DNA of 64,000 nt from Gemmatimonadota bacterium (GTDB lineage: Bacteria > Gemmatimonadota > Gemmatimonadetes > Gemmatimonadales > GWC2-71-9): assembly GCA_036679605.1 (NCBI GenBank), contig JAZDCZ010000011.1, forward strand, positions 64,001 through 128,000. The letters run 5' to 3'. Shown piece by piece: positions 28,607 to 38,339 of this stretch (the first letter of the stretch is position 1; each line of letters opens with the position of its first letter). The translations under genes and the position numbers were made by a program. A model generated the notes under the pieces. It was not told the origin of the DNA. It searched no databases and worked only from the letters and a program-made list of their open reading frames with translations.

Positions 28607-31606
28607 CTACCGGCCGATTGCCTCGATCGATGCCCTCTCCAGCTGCTCCAGCGAGACACCGTAGATCGATTCCAGACGGCTGATATTCGCGCTCCGAGCG
28701 GCCTCGTCGCTTACGTTCGCTAGTGTGCGATAAGCCTCCAAGAACTTCTCGCGGCCGTAGTTTTCAATGAGGAACTTGATGAAGGCCGCGGCCAGCGGAT
28801 AGGCTATCACCGGTCGGCTTGCCGAGGAGCCGATCTGACTAAAACCGAGCAACTCGGCCAGCGGTATCCACTCATCCGCCGCTTTGAGCTGACGCGCTCT
28901 GCCAAAGATCGTCTGGTCGCCGCCGCCAAGATATTTCAGCGCGGAAGCGCGCCCGAGGCGCTCGGCTAGATAGACGGCTACGCCTTCGCGGAATACGGCC
29001 GGCGGATTGCCGACATCGTTCATGACCACGTGCGCGGGCTCGTGATAGGGATCGAGCTTCGTTTGGTCGCTGTACACCTCGACCATTCGTTTGCCGGTCG
29101 CCCAGCCATGACCTTGATGCCCGGTCGCCAGTAACTTGGATCGCTCGTCCTCGAAGAGAAAAAGCTCGATCCGCTGCACCTTGGCTGAGGAGACGAACGC
29201 AGCAATCTCCGCGTACGCCCGCTCACGTTGTGAGGCGATGGTATCGATATCACGCTCGGCAGTGCTACCGGGCCAATAGAAGATGTCATAGTACTCGGTC
29301 TCACGGTGCTGCATGTCCTGCCGTAGGCGCTCGTCCCAGGACGACCACTCGAGCGCGGCCGGTACGCCAATTATCCGATCCACGCGCCACGCGTTTTCCC
29401 GTCGAACGACATCCACCGTCCAGGTCTGGTCGGCGCGCTCGGCGGTCAGCGTGAACCCATCGTCGCGTCGGTATAGTGCGGTGGGATGCAACTCGATGAA
29501 CTCGTCCCGACTCCAGCTGATGGTGAACCATCGTCCCTCTCCTTGCATCGCGCCGAGAAACTCTGCTGCAGCATCGTCGAACTCCACCTTCTGCCAATCC
29601 CGCGTGAAGATGCTCAAGGCCTGCTCGTATTGCCCGTCGCTAAGTAGTTGCTGCAAGTCGCCGAACACGGCCATGATCGGTTCCGCCTCCTCAGCAGCCA
29701 AGTCGATCGGATCGCCCGCGACCCGCTCGCGTACCGGAAGCTCGTTGGCGAGCAGCTTGCGCTGATCGCCGAACTTGGCCTGCTCCCAATCACCCTGGGT
29801 CAGCAGCGACGAAAAGCGAAGCAGCACGTACGTCTGGGGCGTGACTGGCCCCATGATCTTGTACGGAAACCGGAGCGTTCTGGTCTGACCGGCGGCCAGG
29901 GGTTCAAAATACGTCTCGCTCGCACCGTACCCCTCCCTGCCGAAGTCGGGGCTCCACGTGAACACGAGGGTACCGAGTATCAAGTCCGTGGTTGCGGAAT
30001 TGCGTACCCTGACTCTGACGACGTTTGTTCCTTGGATTATAGGCTCGAAGGCAAGCTCGAGCACCTCCAACTTCTCTGCGGCAATCACCTGCCGCCATTC
30101 CGATTCGAGCTGCTCAAGTGGCCGACCATAGACCGCTTCCAGACGGCGGATGTTTTCACCGTGAACAGTCGTGTCGTTCGGGTTCATCAGATTGCTGTGG
30201 GCCTCGAAGAACTTTTCCTTACCGTGCTGCTCGACCAAGTACTTCACCAATGCCCCGGCGAGCGGATACGAGACCCGCGGCCGACTCGACCCGGAGCCAA
30301 TCTCCGTGAACGAAAGCAACTCGGTGAGCGACATCTCCTCACCGTCGGTCCAGAGCTGTAGGACAGTCTGGAATACCGTCTTCCCGGGCGCAAACCGGCG
30401 CCCGAGGCGCTCGGTCAGGTAGGTGGCCAAACCTTCATTCAGTGCCGCCGGCGGATCGCCGCGCTCATGCATCAGCACGTGCGTCGGCTCGTGATAGGGA
30501 TCGAGCTTCGTTTGGTCGTTGTACACCTCGACCATTCGGTTGCCGGTCGCCCAGCCGGCGCCGGTGTGGCCTGTCGCGAGCCACTTCGACCGGCCGTCCT
30601 CAAACAGAAAGAGCTGGAGCCGTGCCTGGCTAGGCGAAGCGGTCCATCGCGCAATCTCATCGTACGCTCGCTCCCTCTCCGCGACGATCGATTCGATCTC
30701 ACGCTCCGCGGTGCTGCCGGGCCAGTAGAAGATGTCATAGTGCTCGGTCTGGCGCTGATGCATTTCCTGGCGGAGGCGCTCGGCCCAGGACGACCACCCC
30801 AGCGCGGCCGGCACGCCGATTATCCGATCGATCCGCCACTCGTTCTCCTCTCGAACGACATCCACCGTCCAGGTCTGATCGGCGCGCTCGGCGGTCAGCG
30901 TGAACCCATCGTCACGTCGGTATAGTGCGGTGGGACGCAACTCGAGAAATTCATCCCGACTCCAGCTGACCGCGACCCATCGGCCCTTGCCCTGCATGGC
31001 ATCGGAGAAGCTCCCCATCCCGGTGAACTCCGTGGCAAGCCAGTCCTGGGTAAACAACTCCCGCGCCGCGTCATAATCCTGCTCGCGCAACGAGTGCTGC
31101 AGACGATCGAAGACATCGAGGATGGGGTGGGCGTCGGCGGCCGATGTCGGGACCGGCACACCGCTGATCACTTGGCGGATCGGCAGCTCGTCCGCACCGT
31201 ATCGACGCATCTCGTCGTGATTGGGATACTCCCATTCGTCCTTGCTCCGCAATGAATAGAAGCGCAGGCGCACGTACGTTGCGGGCGTTGGTGCGCCCAT
31301 CATCTTGAAGGCGAAACGGAACGTATTGGTCAGCCCTGCCCCGATAGGTTCGAAGTGTTCGGAGCCGGCCCCCCACCCTCCCCCAAGGTCCGGGGACCTG
31401 GCGTAAATGTGCACGCCGAAGACCAGGTCGACTGCTCGCGGGTTGTGGACCTTGATTCTGACCACATTCTTGCCTTGGGCAACGGGATCGAATGTGACCG
31501 CAAGCACGCTCAGCTTGTCGGACTCAGTTGCCTGTGCGGACCCCGTGGCGCTCGCGGCAAACACGATTGAGAGTCCGATGGTGATGCTCGCGACGATTGA
31601 CTTCAT
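28607..31606 (-). CDS. Exported tandem-duplicated zinc metallopeptidase (MA clan/gluzincin-like)
   Basis: Signal peptide followed by two ~483-aa copies, each with HEPxH and a downstream (N/R)EG(L/V)A. Start set at ATG 31606 after a GGAGGAG SD. Confidence 0.8.
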   Translation of the reverse strand: MKSIVASITIGLSIVFAASATGSAQATESDKLSVLAVTFDPVAQGKNVVRIKVHNPRAVDLVFGVHIYARSPDLGGGWGAGSEHFEPIGAGLTNTFRFAFKMMGAPTPATYVRLRFYSLRSKDEWEYPNHDEMRRYGADELPIRQVISGVPVPTSAADAHPILDVFDRLQHSLREQDYDAARELFTQDWLATEFTGMGSFSDAMQGKGRWVAVSWSRDEFLELRPTALYRRDDGFTLTAERADQTWTVDVVREENEWRIDRIIGVPAALGWSSWAERLRQEMHQRQTEHYDIFYWPGSTAEREIESIVAERERAYDEIARWTASPSQARLQLFLFEDGRSKWLATGHTGAGWATGNRMVEVYNDQTKLDPYHEPTHVLMHERGDPPAALNEGLATYLTERLGRRFAPGKTVFQTVLQLWTDGEEMSLTELLSFTEIGSGSSRPRVSYPLAGALVKYLVEQHGKEKFFEAHSNLMNPNDTTVHGENIRRLEAVYGRPLEQLESEWRQVIAAEKLEVLELAFEPIIQGTNVVRVRVRNSATTDLILGTLVFTWSPDFGREGYGASETYFEPLAAGQTRTLRFPYKIMGPVTPQTYVLLRFSSLLTQGDWEQAKFGDQRKLLANELPVRERVAGDPIDLAAEEAEPIMAVFGDLQQLLSDGQYEQALSIFTRDWQKVEFDDAAAEFLGAMQGEGRWFTISWSRDEFIELHPTALYRRDDGFTLTAERADQTWTVDVVRRENAWRVDRIIGVPAALEWSSWDERLRQDMQHRETEYYDIFYWPGSTAERDIDTIASQRERAYAEIAAFVSSAKVQRIELFLFEDERSKLLATGHQGHGWATGKRMVEVYSDQTKLDPYHEPAHVVMNDVGNPPAVFREGVAVYLAERLGRASALKYLGGGDQTIFGRARQLKAADEWIPLAELLGFSQIGSSASRPVIAYPLAAAFIKFLIENYGREKFLEAYRTLANVSDEAARSANISRLESIYGVSLEQLERASIEAIGR

Positions 31607-31631
31607 GAGCGAAGCTCTCCTCCGAGGCCAA

Positions 31632-31706
31632 CTAGTATCAAATAAGACTATTAGTACCAATTAGGACTATTAGTACCACTATACGTAGGGCGTCGCGGAA
31701 TCGCAA
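31632..31706 (-). promoter_or_regulatory. sigma70 promoter plus three 19-bp-period repeats upstream of the duplicated peptidase
   Basis: Minus strand TTGCGA (31706-31701)-17bp-TATAGT (31683-31678). (C/T)TAGTA(C/T)CA at 31632, 31651 and 31670. Confidence 0.72.
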
Positions 31707-31858
31707 GGTTACCGGATGGGCGTAGCGACTCGGGCGATAGAGGCTCGATCGCGTTGGCTCTCTTCTTAATGAAGGGATTACCGAATCGGGCGCACTTTCC
31801 TAAGGCGTCAATCGTCCAACTTGATGCTGCGACGATGGACGGGGACGTTACTCCGGCT

Positions 31859-34564
31859 TCATTCCTCTCTAAGCGCCACGATTGGACTTACCCTCGTCGC
31901 CCTACGTGCGGGAACATAGCAAGCGAGAAGTGACACAGCGGCGATTCCGGCCGCGGCCACTCCGTACGTCAGGGGGTCGACTGATTTCACGTCGAAAAGC
32001 ATGGCGGTCATGAGGCGCGTGAGCCCGGCGGCTGCCGGCAGACCGATGGCTACGCCGACGAGCGCAACGAATCCGCCCTGGAGCAGCACGAGCTGCCTCA
32101 CGTCTTGTTGTTGTGCGCCGAGTGCCATGCGCACGCCGATTTCTCGGGTGCGCCGAGCGACAACATATGAGATCACACCGTAGGTACCCACAGCGCCCAA
32201 TGCAACGGCTACTACCGTCGCTATGCCCAGCATTACCAGCGCGAACGACGTGCGCGCCATGGACCGTGCGAGGATCTCGTCTAATGTCTGTGCATTGGCA
32301 AGTGGAAGGTTGGAGTTCAGCGACCATACAACCTGGCGGACCTCAGGCAACAGAGTCATAGGACTTGGGCGTGTTGTCCGAATCGCGTACGTCATCCGCC
32401 GCTGTACGAAGATCCCGTCCCCGTCGAAGTCGGCCAGGACGAACGGAATGTAGACCGTGGCCGGCGCATTCCGGGCTACTCCATTGTCATGAACGTTGCC
32501 GACTACTCCGATGATCTCACGCCATGGCTCGCTGGAGGACGGGCGGATTCGCTTGCCAACGGCATCCTCCACCTCACCCCAGTATTTGCGGGCGAAGTTC
32601 TCGGCCACGACTACCACTGGCTTGCGTTCGCGAATATCGTCCCTCGTGAAGCTCCGACCGGCGAGCACAGGGCTTTCCATGGTCGCGAAGTAATCGGCCG
32701 CAACGAACTTGATCCAATGGACTGGCGGAAGCTGTCCTGAGCGTGTGGGAAAGTCTTCCAACTCTATGGCGTAGCCTCCGCCTCCGGTCGGACCCATCGG
32801 TACCGATGACGCCGACGTGGCGCTGGTTACACCCGGAAGCCGCGTCACTCGATCGAGAACTTGCTCTACCATCTGCGCGGCACGTTCTGGATCACGGATC
32901 TCAGACGACGTAAGCGTGAGGCTTACCACGAACACCTCCCCGGGACGCTCGAAACCGGGCTCGATATTCCTAAGCGCTTGGAAGCTTCGGATCATGAGCC
33001 CCGAGCCAATCAAGAGGATAAGAGAGACAGCGACTTCGAACGCCGCCAGCAAGTTACGGAGCCTGTGCCGTTGGGGTGCGTCGCTAGCGCCTCGTTCGCC
33101 TCCTCTGAGAGCAACGGCGACGTCGAGACGCCCGTGGTGCATCACAGGAAAGAGACCGAAGAGGAGGCCGGCCAGTGTCGAGATCACGAAACAAAAAAGC
33201 AGCACCGTTGGGTCGATAGTGATCTCACTGAGTCGCGGCAGCTCTCCAGGCCCGATGCGAAGCAGTAGCCGAAGTCCGACGTAGGCAACGCCGAGGCCCA
33301 GCGCACCACCCAGAATCCCGAACAGCGTGCTTTCGACGAGGGACTGGACCGCAATCCGGGATCGAGCCGCCCCGATCGCGGAGCGGATAGCGATCTCACG
33401 CTGCCGCGTCTCGGCGCGCACTAGAAATAGGTTGCCTACATTGGCGCAGGCGATGAAAAGTACGAGGCCGACGGCACCGAGAAGAACCCATAAGACGCTT
33501 CCTATATCACCTATCAGCACGTCTTTGAGCGGGCGCACTATCGTACCGAATCGTGCGTCCTCGAGCATGTCTGCCGTAAGCCCGCGAGAAAACCGCTTCG
33601 GAGCGAGAGGGAGCATTCGTGCGGCATCATCCAACGCCTCACTGAGCCCGACGCCCGGACGCAGGCGCGCAATCGCTTGATAGCTGAAGTCTGTGAGGGC
33701 GACTGTCGACCGGTCGATTTGAAATGGGAGATAGATGGCGGGATCATGTTGCAGGAATCGGAAACCCTCAGGCATTACCCCGATGATTTCGGACTCCACT
33801 CCGTCGATACGAAGCGATCGTCCCAGAACGTTGCGGTCGCCACCGAAACGTCGGCGCCAGTAGCCGTTGCCGAGAATGACAGTCGGTGCTGCTTCCGGGG
33901 CTACGTCATCAGGGACAAACCTGCGACCGATCGCGGCGCGAATGCGAAGCAGCGGGAAGATGCCGTCGGTGACGCGCACTGCCTGCACCTGCTCGGGCTG
34001 GTCCATTCCCGTCACCGCCGTTCGGATGGCCTGCCAAAGCCCTATATCCTCGAACACGCGACTCTCGTCGCGGAAGATGAGGTACGTCGCGCGCGACGCG
34101 GGAATCTCGTCGAAGCCTAGGCCGGGGGCCGTATGCGAGACAGCGACCAACTCATCCGACCTGTCGAGCCGAAGCGGCTTCAACAGCACACCGTTCACCA
34201 CGCTGAATATCGCCGTGGTGGCACCGATGCCGAGCGCAAGAGTAAGGATGGCAACGGCCGTGAACATCGGTTGGCGTTGGAACCCGCGGAGAGCGTAACT
34301 GATTTCTCTTACGAGTGTTGTCACTAGATGGTCTCCACTTCTGTGGCGTTGGGTCATGGACCAGCGCTCCTCCTGGCGTTCCTGGACTGCCGACCACACG
34401 AGGTCGAAGACGTGGAAGGTCCAGAAGAAGATCACCGCCATCCGACCGCGGCGTTCGCGGATTTCCTTGGATTTGGAGGTCAAGAGGTCGACGACTTCTT
34501 CTTCGTGTCGATTGCGAAAGTCCTTGGGGAAGAGGCGCAGCAGCCAGTGCAACAGTTTGTCCAT
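31859..34564 (-). CDS. ADOP-type duplicated permease #4 (class C leader)
   Basis: Leader LLRLFPKDFRNRH. Motifs [43 protein letters not shown]. Start set at ATG 34564, 5 nt after the padR stop. Confidence 0.92.
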   Translation of the reverse strand: MDKLLHWLLRLFPKDFRNRHEEEVVDLLTSKSKEIRERRGRMAVIFFWTFHVFDLVWSAVQERQEERWSMTQRHRSGDHLVTTLVREISYALRGFQRQPMFTAVAILTLALGIGATTAIFSVVNGVLLKPLRLDRSDELVAVSHTAPGLGFDEIPASRATYLIFRDESRVFEDIGLWQAIRTAVTGMDQPEQVQAVRVTDGIFPLLRIRAAIGRRFVPDDVAPEAAPTVILGNGYWRRRFGGDRNVLGRSLRIDGVESEIIGVMPEGFRFLQHDPAIYLPFQIDRSTVALTDFSYQAIARLRPGVGLSEALDDAARMLPLAPKRFSRGLTADMLEDARFGTIVRPLKDVLIGDIGSVLWVLLGAVGLVLFIACANVGNLFLVRAETRQREIAIRSAIGAARSRIAVQSLVESTLFGILGGALGLGVAYVGLRLLLRIGPGELPRLSEITIDPTVLLFCFVISTLAGLLFGLFPVMHHGRLDVAVALRGGERGASDAPQRHRLRNLLAAFEVAVSLILLIGSGLMIRSFQALRNIEPGFERPGEVFVVSLTLTSSEIRDPERAAQMVEQVLDRVTRLPGVTSATSASSVPMGPTGGGGYAIELEDFPTRSGQLPPVHWIKFVAADYFATMESPVLAGRSFTRDDIRERKPVVVVAENFARKYWGEVEDAVGKRIRPSSSEPWREIIGVVGNVHDNGVARNAPATVYIPFVLADFDGDGIFVQRRMTYAIRTTRPSPMTLLPEVRQVVWSLNSNLPLANAQTLDEILARSMARTSFALVMLGIATVVAVALGAVGTYGVISYVVARRTREIGVRMALGAQQQDVRQLVLLQGGFVALVGVAIGLPAAAGLTRLMTAMLFDVKSVDPLTYGVAAAGIAAVSLLACYVPARRATRVSPIVALREE

Positions 34565-34569
34565 GAGCT

Positions 34570-34914
34570 TCACAGTTCGAAGAGGTGCGCATCGCGAGCC
34601 CACGTGACCATGCTGTGGAACACGCGCGCCTCGGCAGCCGCGCGCTGGCGCCCGTTAGGGGTCAACCGATAGTAGCGGCGTTGGCTATGGACCTGCGTCT
34701 CTGGTCTGACTTCCGTGATCAGCCCGGCATTCACTAGGAGCTTGATCGATCGATAGAGTGAACCCGCCCCGATCGAGAATTCTCCGTCGGTGCGTTCTTC
34801 GATCTCCTGCATGATGGCGTATCCATGCCGCTCGCTCGCGCTCAGGGCCAGCAGGATCTGAAACATTAGGGGCGTCAGTTTTGACGCCTCGTCGGTACAG
34901 GGTCGTCTACCCAT
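34570..34914 (-). CDS. PadR-family repressor #4 (class C)
   Basis: LTPLMFQILLALS..ERHGYAIM...GAGSLYRSI...QRRYYRLT. Start at ATG 34914 is inferred, because the ORF-track extension runs through the promoter TTGCCT-17bp-TAATAT at 34978-34950. Confidence 0.88.
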   Translation of the reverse strand: MGRRPCTDEASKLTPLMFQILLALSASERHGYAIMQEIEERTDGEFSIGAGSLYRSIKLLVNAGLITEVRPETQVHSQRRYYRLTPNGRQRAAAEARVFHSMVTWARDAHLFEL

Positions 34915-35204
34915 TCGACATAGCCATATTGCACATGTGATTAATACATATATTAGCGCGGGACGCTGATGGAGGCAAGGGGCCACTTCTGTAGTCTGTC
35001 AAGAGGAGTGTGTTGGCTCGGCTGCTCGGGAACACGCACCAAGACCGGACCGATCGATCTGGTCCCCGTCCACCGAGACGGTGTTCAAATAGGTAGATAA
35101 ACGATTTACTGACAACAATATAGAGGTCTCTCGCTTTTCGGCGAAACCCGATCAACTATTCCCTCGTAGGATATATCGCACCGAGGAATAACTAGCGAGG
35201 TCCG

Positions 35205-35588
35205 ATGAAGTCTCAAGATCGACGTGCCGGAACCAACAGTGGACGGGCCGAGGGCTTGTTACCTCTATCGATCCAGGTATTCCAGATCCTGCTGTCGCTG
35301 AGCGAACAGGACCTTCACGGCTACGCCCTGATCGGAGACATCAGGGACCGAACGTCCGGCGAGCTGGTGCTGAGCACCAGCTCGCTGTACGGCGCGATCA
35401 AGCGGATGATGCGCGACGGGCTGATAGAGAAATCGGAGCTACGCCCGGATCCGGAGTTGGAGGATGAGCGGCGCCGCTACTATCGCATAACCCCATTCGG
35501 CCGCGAGGTGGCCGAGTGCGAGGCGCGGAGAATCGAGCGCCTCGCCGCACAGGTCAGGGGCAAGCAGTTCCTGCCAAGGACCACGTGA
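35205..35588 (+). CDS. PadR-family repressor #5 (class C)
   Basis: LPLSIQVFQILLSL..DLHGYAL...SSLYGAIKRM...DERRRYYRIT. Divergent from padR #4. Confidence 0.92.
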   Translation: MKSQDRRAGTNSGRAEGLLPLSIQVFQILLSLSEQDLHGYALIGDIRDRTSGELVLSTSSLYGAIKRMMRDGLIEKSELRPDPELEDERRRYYRITPFGREVAECEARRIERLAAQVRGKQFLPRTT

Positions 35589-35615
35589 CAGAGTGTCCCG
35601 GAGCCATCCTCCACA

Positions 35616-38321
35616 GTGATGAACGAGCCGGTATCCATTCGACTATTCGCGATCATGGCCAGATTACTGCCTCCGTCGTTCAGACGCGAGTTCGCCGACG
35701 AGCTATGCGCTGCCTTTGCAGACCAGGACCGCGGTACTGCAGACGGCCGGTCGCGGTTTTGGTTCAGGGAGGTTGGCGGTCTCCTACTCACTGCATTGCG
35801 CGAATACCGCGAGCTACTAATCGGCCGGCGCCCGCGTAGGCCCAAGCGACCGGCCGAGCCGGAATTTCCCAAAAGGAGCAAAGAGATGATGGCATCGGTC
35901 CGAAAGGACGTGACATATGCGTTTCGCATGATGCTCAAGACGCCCGTCGTGACGGTGATCGCTGTGATTTCGTTGGCCCTGGGCGTGGCCGCAAATACTA
36001 TGATCTTCAGTTTGGTCAACTCGTGGTTGCTTCGGCCCCTACCGTACCCCGACGCTGATCGCATCGTGATGGTGTGGGAGAACGATTTCACGGATTCCGA
36101 CGACACCGATGCCGTGAGTCCGGCGAATTTTTTCGACTGGCAGGAACAATCGGGGAGTCTCGATCAATGGATCGCCGCGGGGTTCCGGCAGGCAAACCTC
36201 ACGGGCATCGATCAGCCTCGCCAGCTCTCAGTGGCAAGTGTGACGCCCGGTTTCTTCGACCTTCTCGGCTCCAAGCCGATCCTGGGCAGAACGTTCCGAG
36301 CTGACGAGGGCGGAGACGAGGACGCGCCGGTCGTGGTTCTCAACGAGACGTTGTGGCGTAATCAGTTCGGCGATTCTCCCGACATTGTGGGTCAGTCCAT
36401 TACTCTAGACGGTGCCGGATACACGGTTGTGGGAGTGGTGCCGGAAACGTTCGATTTTCTTCTGGGAACAGTGAGCATGTGGATCGCGGAGGACTTCACG
36501 GACCAACGTCACGAACGGGATACTCGGTCGCTGGTCGTAACCGCCAGACTAAGTGCCGGCGTCTCCGTTTCTCAGGTCCAAACCGAGATGAGCGCCATCG
36601 CCGGGCGTCTGTCGGAGCTGTACCCTGAGACCAACACCGACCGCGGCGTCAACATCGAGACCCTACGCGAACAGTTTCCCGGTCCGACGGACAGGGCGCT
36701 CATTAGCATCCTGATGGGTGTGGTGTTCCTGGTTCTATTGATTGCGTGCGCCAACATCGCGAGCTTGCTCCTGGCCAAGACGGATGCGCGGCAAAAGGAG
36801 ATCGCCGTACGCACAGCCCTCGGTGCGGGTAAGACGCGCCTGGTGCGGCAACTCCTCACTGAGAGCATCGTGACCGCCGCGATCGCCGGCGGGTTCGGTA
36901 TTCTCATGTCGGTTTGGGCCGTGGGCCTCCTGACTACCGCTCTTCCTCCAGAGATTCCGAGCATCTACATGCCGAGTCTCGACCTTCCGACGCTCGGGTT
37001 CGCGTTGTTGGCCTCGCTTTTCGCTGGCATAACGTTTGGATTGAGTCCGGCTGTGCACGCCGCCAGTGGCGGCACGCGGTCGCATCTGTTGGAGGGTGGC
37101 CGAGGAGGCACTTCAGGAAAGAAAAAGAAGCGCCTGCGGGGACTCTTCGTAATGGCGGAGTTCGCCATGGCGCTCGCCGTGCTTACGGGAGCCGCCGCCC
37201 TGACCGATCTCTTCCACTCGAGGCTTGCAGTCGATGCCGGGTTCAACCCAGACCGGCTGCTGTCGGTAGAACTGATGCTTCCGGAACACAAGTATGAGGA
37301 CGACGCGGCAGTGGTCGCGTTCGTAGACGCTGCGGGACGTGAGTTGGACGAGTTGCCGGGTTCGGAAGGCTGGAGTTTCATGAACGTCCTACCCAGAACC
37401 CGGAGCATACCGACGAGCGAGTTTACGATCGACGGGCATCTAACGGAGGAGAGTGAAGAACGGACGACGACCTGGCTGAGCGTCAGCCCGCAATACCTCA
37501 GGACGATGAACATAGCGCTCATGGGCGGACGAGACTTCCGCACGAGCGACAGAGCAGACGCACCACCCGTAGTCATGGTGAATCAGCGTTTTGCAGACCA
37601 GTTCTTCGACGGTCAGGACCTTATAGGACGGAGAATCACGATACAGGAGCAGTCCAGGGAGATTGTCGGCGTGGTCAAGAACATAGCCCAAACGAGACTC
37701 ACCGGCCTCACACCACGTGCCCCGTCAGTGTACTTCCCATTGGCGCAAAGACCGACTCGGAGTTTACGGTTGGTCGCACGGGCGGCAGCCGATCCGGCGC
37801 AACTGACTGGAGCAATCCAGAACGCAGTCTGGGCGGTCGACGCGGAGCAGCCGATCGCCGCCGTGCAAACAGTAGATGAATACATTGAGCGCCAGCTCGC
37901 CGGTCCCAATCTGATGACCCAGATACTCTACGTGGTGGGCTTCCTCGCGTTGGCCCTGGCGGCAATCGGCATCTACGGCGTGATGGCGTATTCGGTATCG
38001 CAACAGACGAACGAGATCGGAATTCGAATGGCCTTGGGAGCAAATCCACGAGACGTGCTGACCCGTGTCACCAAACAGGGGCTGGTGCTCGCAGGTGTGG
38101 GCCTCCTCATGGGTATACCGCTGGCAGCAGTGCTGACGAGACTCATCAACAAGATGGGTGAGGCCGCTTCATCGGAAGGTCTGGGCACCGTCATGACCGT
38201 TGCAGTGGGTCCAATGGTCGGGGTGGTCATGGTGCTCGCTGGCGTGGGCGTTATCGCCTGTTATCTGCCGGCCCGCCGAGCGACAAAGATCGATCCGATC
38301 GTTGCGCTGCAGCAAGAATAG
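35616..38321 (+). CDS. ADOP-type duplicated permease #5 (class C leader)
   Basis: Leader RLLPPSFRREFADE. Motifs KDVTYAFR, CANIASLL, EIGIRMALGA, PARRATKIDP. Confidence 0.92.
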   Translation: MMNEPVSIRLFAIMARLLPPSFRREFADELCAAFADQDRGTADGRSRFWFREVGGLLLTALREYRELLIGRRPRRPKRPAEPEFPKRSKEMMASVRKDVTYAFRMMLKTPVVTVIAVISLALGVAANTMIFSLVNSWLLRPLPYPDADRIVMVWENDFTDSDDTDAVSPANFFDWQEQSGSLDQWIAAGFRQANLTGIDQPRQLSVASVTPGFFDLLGSKPILGRTFRADEGGDEDAPVVVLNETLWRNQFGDSPDIVGQSITLDGAGYTVVGVVPETFDFLLGTVSMWIAEDFTDQRHERDTRSLVVTARLSAGVSVSQVQTEMSAIAGRLSELYPETNTDRGVNIETLREQFPGPTDRALISILMGVVFLVLLIACANIASLLLAKTDARQKEIAVRTALGAGKTRLVRQLLTESIVTAAIAGGFGILMSVWAVGLLTTALPPEIPSIYMPSLDLPTLGFALLASLFAGITFGLSPAVHAASGGTRSHLLEGGRGGTSGKKKKRLRGLFVMAEFAMALAVLTGAAALTDLFHSRLAVDAGFNPDRLLSVELMLPEHKYEDDAAVVAFVDAAGRELDELPGSEGWSFMNVLPRTRSIPTSEFTIDGHLTEESEERTTTWLSVSPQYLRTMNIALMGGRDFRTSDRADAPPVVMVNQRFADQFFDGQDLIGRRITIQEQSREIVGVVKNIAQTRLTGLTPRAPSVYFPLAQRPTRSLRLVARAAADPAQLTGAIQNAVWAVDAEQPIAAVQTVDEYIERQLAGPNLMTQILYVVGFLALALAAIGIYGVMAYSVSQQTNEIGIRMALGANPRDVLTRVTKQGLVLAGVGLLMGIPLAAVLTRLINKMGEAASSEGLGTVMTVAVGPMVGVVMVLAGVGVIACYLPARRATKIDPIVALQQE

Positions 38322-38339
38322 TGTCTCACTCCGCGCTCC

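Noticed and set aside
31632..31688. 19-bp periodic repeats and the doubled operators as a CRISPR mini-array
   Set aside because: Only 2-3 short degenerate units, no repeat-spacer structure, no cas genes, and they coincide with promoters.
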